Positions 59,901 through 64,000 of a stretch of DNA of 64,000 bases are shown one piece after another. The notes below the pieces were generated by a model that did not search any database, was not told the DNA's origin, and saw only the letters and a program-made list of their open reading frames with translations. The stretch covers positions 32,001-96,000 of the forward strand of contig CAVWHX010000012.1 of assembly GCA_963754925.1 (NCBI GenBank), read 5' to 3'. Position numbers and translations under genes: made by a program. This stretch comes from an uncultured delta proteobacterium (GTDB lineage Bacteria > Myxococcota > B64-G9). Position 1 is the first letter of the stretch. Each line of letters begins with the position of its first letter.

Positions 59901-62900
59901 TTTGGTTCCAGCGCCACCACCGCGCGGAGGTGCTCCACGCTCTGGTCCACATCTCCCAGGCGTTCTTCACACAGCTCAGCCAGTCGGCGTCTGAGCGCAA
60001 CCGACAGGGTATGGTCTTCCAATGACTCCAGACAATGAAGGTAAACGCTGACCAGCGACTGATAGTTGTTGGTCTCCTGCGCTAAACGCTCGAGGCTGAG
60101 CCTCACCCGCTCGTCGGCCGGTTCTAATTGCAGTACCCGGCCGAGGGTGTTAAAAGCCTGCTCTTTCTGGCTAAGACGGTTTTCGTAGATGCCCGCCATG
60201 CGGATCAATGCACTCTTGCGCGCCGCCACGTCCGGCGCGAACTCACAGACGACGTCGAGGGCCGCAATAAGGTGACGGAAATCGCCCACCCCTTCGAGAA
60301 AGCGAACCAGGATCGGGGCTATGACGCTCTTAGCCTGACCCACGTCAAACATCGCAACGAGCGCCGCGACAGCATCCGGCTGGCCGGGCACCCGATCGAG
60401 CACTTCCGAAAATAAAGCCGCTGCCTGTTCCGGCTTGGCCAGGTGTGCCTGGAGTAAATGAGCAATGCGTAGTTGCAATGATATGAGCTCAGATTCGCTG
60501 GCGTGCTCGATTTCGGCTTGCAAGATTTCGCGCAGTTCCTCGTGACGCTGTTCTTTCTCCAACAAGCGCTCTAATGACTTCAGTACCGCCAGGTCGCGCG
60601 GATCATCGGCCAGGATCTCGTGATAGGCCTCGATGGCGCCATCATTGCGCCCGAGACGTTCTTCCATCAGGGTAGCCGTCTCCTGGTAGAGATCACGCCG
60701 CCGGGTTCGCTCGGTTTCGAGCTCCGCCAGGTGGCGCAGGATACCCACCAGCTCGGGATAGGCCGCACGCTCACGGTACAGACGCTCTAACGCCTTAAGC
60801 GCCTCCAGGTCATCGGGGTCGCGCGCCAGGACATGGCGCCAACGGGAGAGCGCTTCGTCTTTATCTTGCAGGACCGCTTCCTGTAGCTGCGCCAGACGAC
60901 GCTCAAGAGCCGGACCAACGATGGTTTCGGCCGCCTGCGGCAACAATTCACGGTAAAGTTCGGCCAACTCTTTATATTTTCCGGTCTCCTGGGCCAGCCG
61001 CTCAAGATCGCGACGGATCCCCTCGTCCTCAAGATGTTCACGGAAGGCACGACAGGCCACCACAAACGCCTTGGGTTTTTGAACCAACTCGACTTCATAC
61101 AAGCGCATCATCTCGCGATACAGTTTCAACCGCTCCTGCGGATCGCTCCGCGCCGCCAGGCGCACCTCGCCGATGAACACCAGCTTGCCGAAATCGCTCA
61201 ACTGCCGGTATGCCGGGTCCAGCAGCTCGGCGGCGAGCGGTCGCGTTGCCTCGACGGTCAACATACGCTCGAGGAGTTCGATGGCGCGCGGCTCGATCGG
61301 GTTTCGCTGTAATACCGCTCGAAGAGCTTCAACCGCGGCGGGGGAATCGTTCAGCCGGTCGAGCTGCACGTGCGCCAATCGCAGGAGCAGTTCTTGCTCC
61401 AATTCGGGATCCGGCGCTTGGGGATCGTTGCAGAGCTGAATCTCTGTTTTGACCACCTCCACCAACTCACCATAGCGCTCACGGGCCACCAACAACTGAT
61501 CGAGGAGGCGCAGCGCCCGCCGTTCGGTCGGATCGAGACGCAAAATCTGCTGGTACGCGGTGATGGCTTGATCAGGATCGCCAACCCCTTCCGCCAAACA
61601 GGCCGCTGCCTGGAACAAGAGCTCCTTCTTGCGCTCTGGGTCGGTCGCTTGCTGCAGCTGGCGATAGTAGATCTGCACCAACGCCGGAAAGTTACCATCC
61701 TCCCGATAGAGACGTTCGAGGGCGTAGAGCACATCGGAATCATCCTCGTGCACCTTAAACAGATCGCTCCATATCTCGACTGCCTGAGCGCGCTTGCCGA
61801 GGTACTTCTCATAGATCTCGGCACTGCGCTTACTGAGCTCAAATGCGAGATCGCTGCCCCGCAGGCGCTCGATCACCCCCTGGTACGTTGCCGCCAGCTC
61901 TTCGAAAAACGAACCCTCCTGAGCCAGACGCAGCAAATCCCGCTGCACTCCCTCATCCTGCGGCTGCTCTCGGAAGGCACGGGTGACCACTTCAAAGGCT
62001 CGCTCCTTCTCATTGAGGCGCTCTTCGTATAGCTCTTTAAGTTGAGCATAAAAGTGAAGCCGCTGAGCTGGCTCCTGGGTGGCGCCAAGGCGCATTTCGA
62101 GGATCGCCGCCAGTTTGAGCCACTCGGCGTTAGTGCGAAAAATCCCTTCAAGTACCTCCGCCGCGGATAATCGACAGCGCTCATCGCCCAACAACTTCTC
62201 AAGGTTTGACACGGTCTCGGGGTGGTTAGCCTTGAGTTCAACAATAGTTTTATAGGTTTCCACCCCCGCCGCCGGTTGATCGAGCCGGGTGATGTAGATC
62301 CCGGCCAAGCGGTTGTTATAGTCGACAACGTCGGCGGTGTTTTTTGACAAACGCGCCAATTTCGGCAGCACCGCCGCCGCTTCTTCCCAGCGGTTGGTAC
62401 CCTCGTACAACCTCTCCAGTTGTTTGGCGGCAGCAAGATCGTCCGGATCAAACTCACCGATTTGCTGATAGCACAATATCGCTCCGTTGAGATCGCCAAG
62501 CTGCTCCTCGCTCAGCTGCGCCACCTGCATGAGAAGCTCGCGGCGCTTCGAGGGATCACCGGTGCTCTCAACCTGCCGCAGGAGAACCCAGGTCAACTCG
62601 CCGAACGACTTGGCTTCGCGATAGATCGTCTCCAACCTGCTCAGCACCGCCGTTTGCCGCGGATCGATATCGAATAGTCGTCTGAGGCTCGCGGCGGCGA
62701 GATCGGGTCGCTGCAATTTTTCGTAATACAGCGCGGCCAGATTCGGCAGCAGCTGCCGCTGCAGTGCCGGATCCGATTGGGAAGAAAGCGCTTCCTCGAG
62801 CGCGGCCGCGAGGTTGCCAAAGGTGCCGAGCCGTTCGCACAGTCGCTCCATCTGCTGAAATACGTCCGCTCGCGTGCTGTCAACGCGAAACGCCCGCAAC

Positions 62901-64000
62901 AATGCAGCGAATGCCCGTTCGGGTTGTGCCAGCTGCCGATCGTATATGACCGCCACCCGCATGAGCATCCGGATTTTTTCTTCGGCATTCGCCTGCGCCT
63001 CAGCGCGCACTTCCAGCGCCCGCGCCAAACGCGGCCAATCGCTGCGCTGCTCATAAATCGGCAACAAAATCTCGGCCGCATGCGGCGCGCTATCAGGCCG
63101 CTCGAGCAACGACTCGATCGCCTGTATAGCCCGGGAATCCTCCGGCCGCTCGGATAATACCTGGAGATAATGTTCGATTGCGTTTTCGCGCTCCTCCATG
63201 CGTTCGGCCTTAACCTGGCCAAGCCGCAACTTCAGCTCGGAGGCTTCCTGCGGGGACACCAACGCAATTTCCTTGGTAAGAATCTCGGCGAGCTCGGGCC
63301 AGCGGCCCTCTTTCTCGAGCAAGGCGTCGAGGCGCCGAAGAACGGTCACCTCGTTCGTATTCGATTCATGCAGCTGCTGATACACCGCAATGGCGCGCGG
63401 CCGATCGTGGAGCTCCTCTTCGATAACCTGCCCGAGCTCCATGAGAATCGCGTGTTGGCTCTGCGCATCATCGGACGTCCCACGGCGCATCTGGAGCACA
63501 CCCGCCAGTTCCTCCCAGCGATGGGTTGTGCGCAGGAGTCCGGAGAGCGCTTCCAGGGCCTCGCGGTTGTTTGACTCGTGTTCGAGCACGCGCTGATAGC
63601 AGACGATCGCCAACTGGGGGCGGTTCAACCTATCGCGGTAGAGACCCCCGAGCACCAAACTCAAAGCGATGATCAAGGGTGGCTCATTGCTGCGGCGCAG
63701 CGCCTCTTCCAGATACGCGCTTAACTCATCCAGTCGGCTGGTTTCCTGCGCCAGGCGGAACAGGGCTTCGCGCAGCGTCGCTTTACTGGGCATCTCGGAA
63801 AACGCACGGCCATAGGTCGTAAAAGCCTGCTCTTTGTGCTCAAGCTTTTCTTCATATACCTGAGCAATGCGCTCCAGGAGACGCACCCGCTCCTCGGCCC
63901 CGGTGCATCCTTCGAGCCGAAGTTCGAGCATGTCGATGTGCCGGCGCCAGTCTCCGGCGAGCGCGTAATAGGGCTGAAGGATTTCGGCGATTCGCAACGG
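53991..64000 (-). CDS. gltI: giant TPR-repeat protein, GltI/AgmK-like (5' end outside the window; one base missing near 59229)
   Basis: More than 3300 codons of TPR-like repeats (ALxALERLY...W.EL) across two ORFs that join as EEKLGARTVA(F)NTYVRMF; upstream of gltJ as in the Myxococcus gliding cluster. Confidence 0.75.

Overview
Chromosomal window from a GC-rich delta-proteobacterial (Myxococcota-like) bacterium. The assignment rests on gltI/gltJ-like gliding genes, a Ser/Thr kinase and myxobacterial-type exported proteins. Anaerobic metabolism genes are also present (2-oxoacid:ferredoxin oxidoreductase, IcmF). Left to right: (1) 1-9.4 kb, a visibly higher-GC divergent cluster with at least four B12-binding radical SAM enzymes, two GNAT-like proteins, a phosphatidylserine decarboxylase, an M28 peptidase and an unannotated 54-aa membrane protein, with no product I can assign; (2) 9.5-11.8 kb, a toxin-antitoxin cassette bracketed by two copies of the 3' end of a gene resembling relA/spoT, which suggests an integration hotspot; (3) ACT/oxidoreductase/icmF operon; (4) signalling and envelope genes; (5) an imuA-imuB-dnaE2 operon with an SOS box, heavily colonised by palindromic elements, several inserted in frame in the coding sequences; (6) PAS kinase, SulP, mtgA, osmC, tRNA-Cys/tRNA-Gly, pgsA, nadB, lipB; (7) gltJ and a giant TPR gltI. 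Six single-base frameshifts look like long-read assembly errors. Best candidates for undescribed biology are the multi-radical-SAM/PSD/GNAT cluster, the covarying two-hairpin repeat family that writes a recurring peptide into unrelated proteins, and the putative spoT-3' integration site. All family calls come from motif recognition by eye; no database searches were run.
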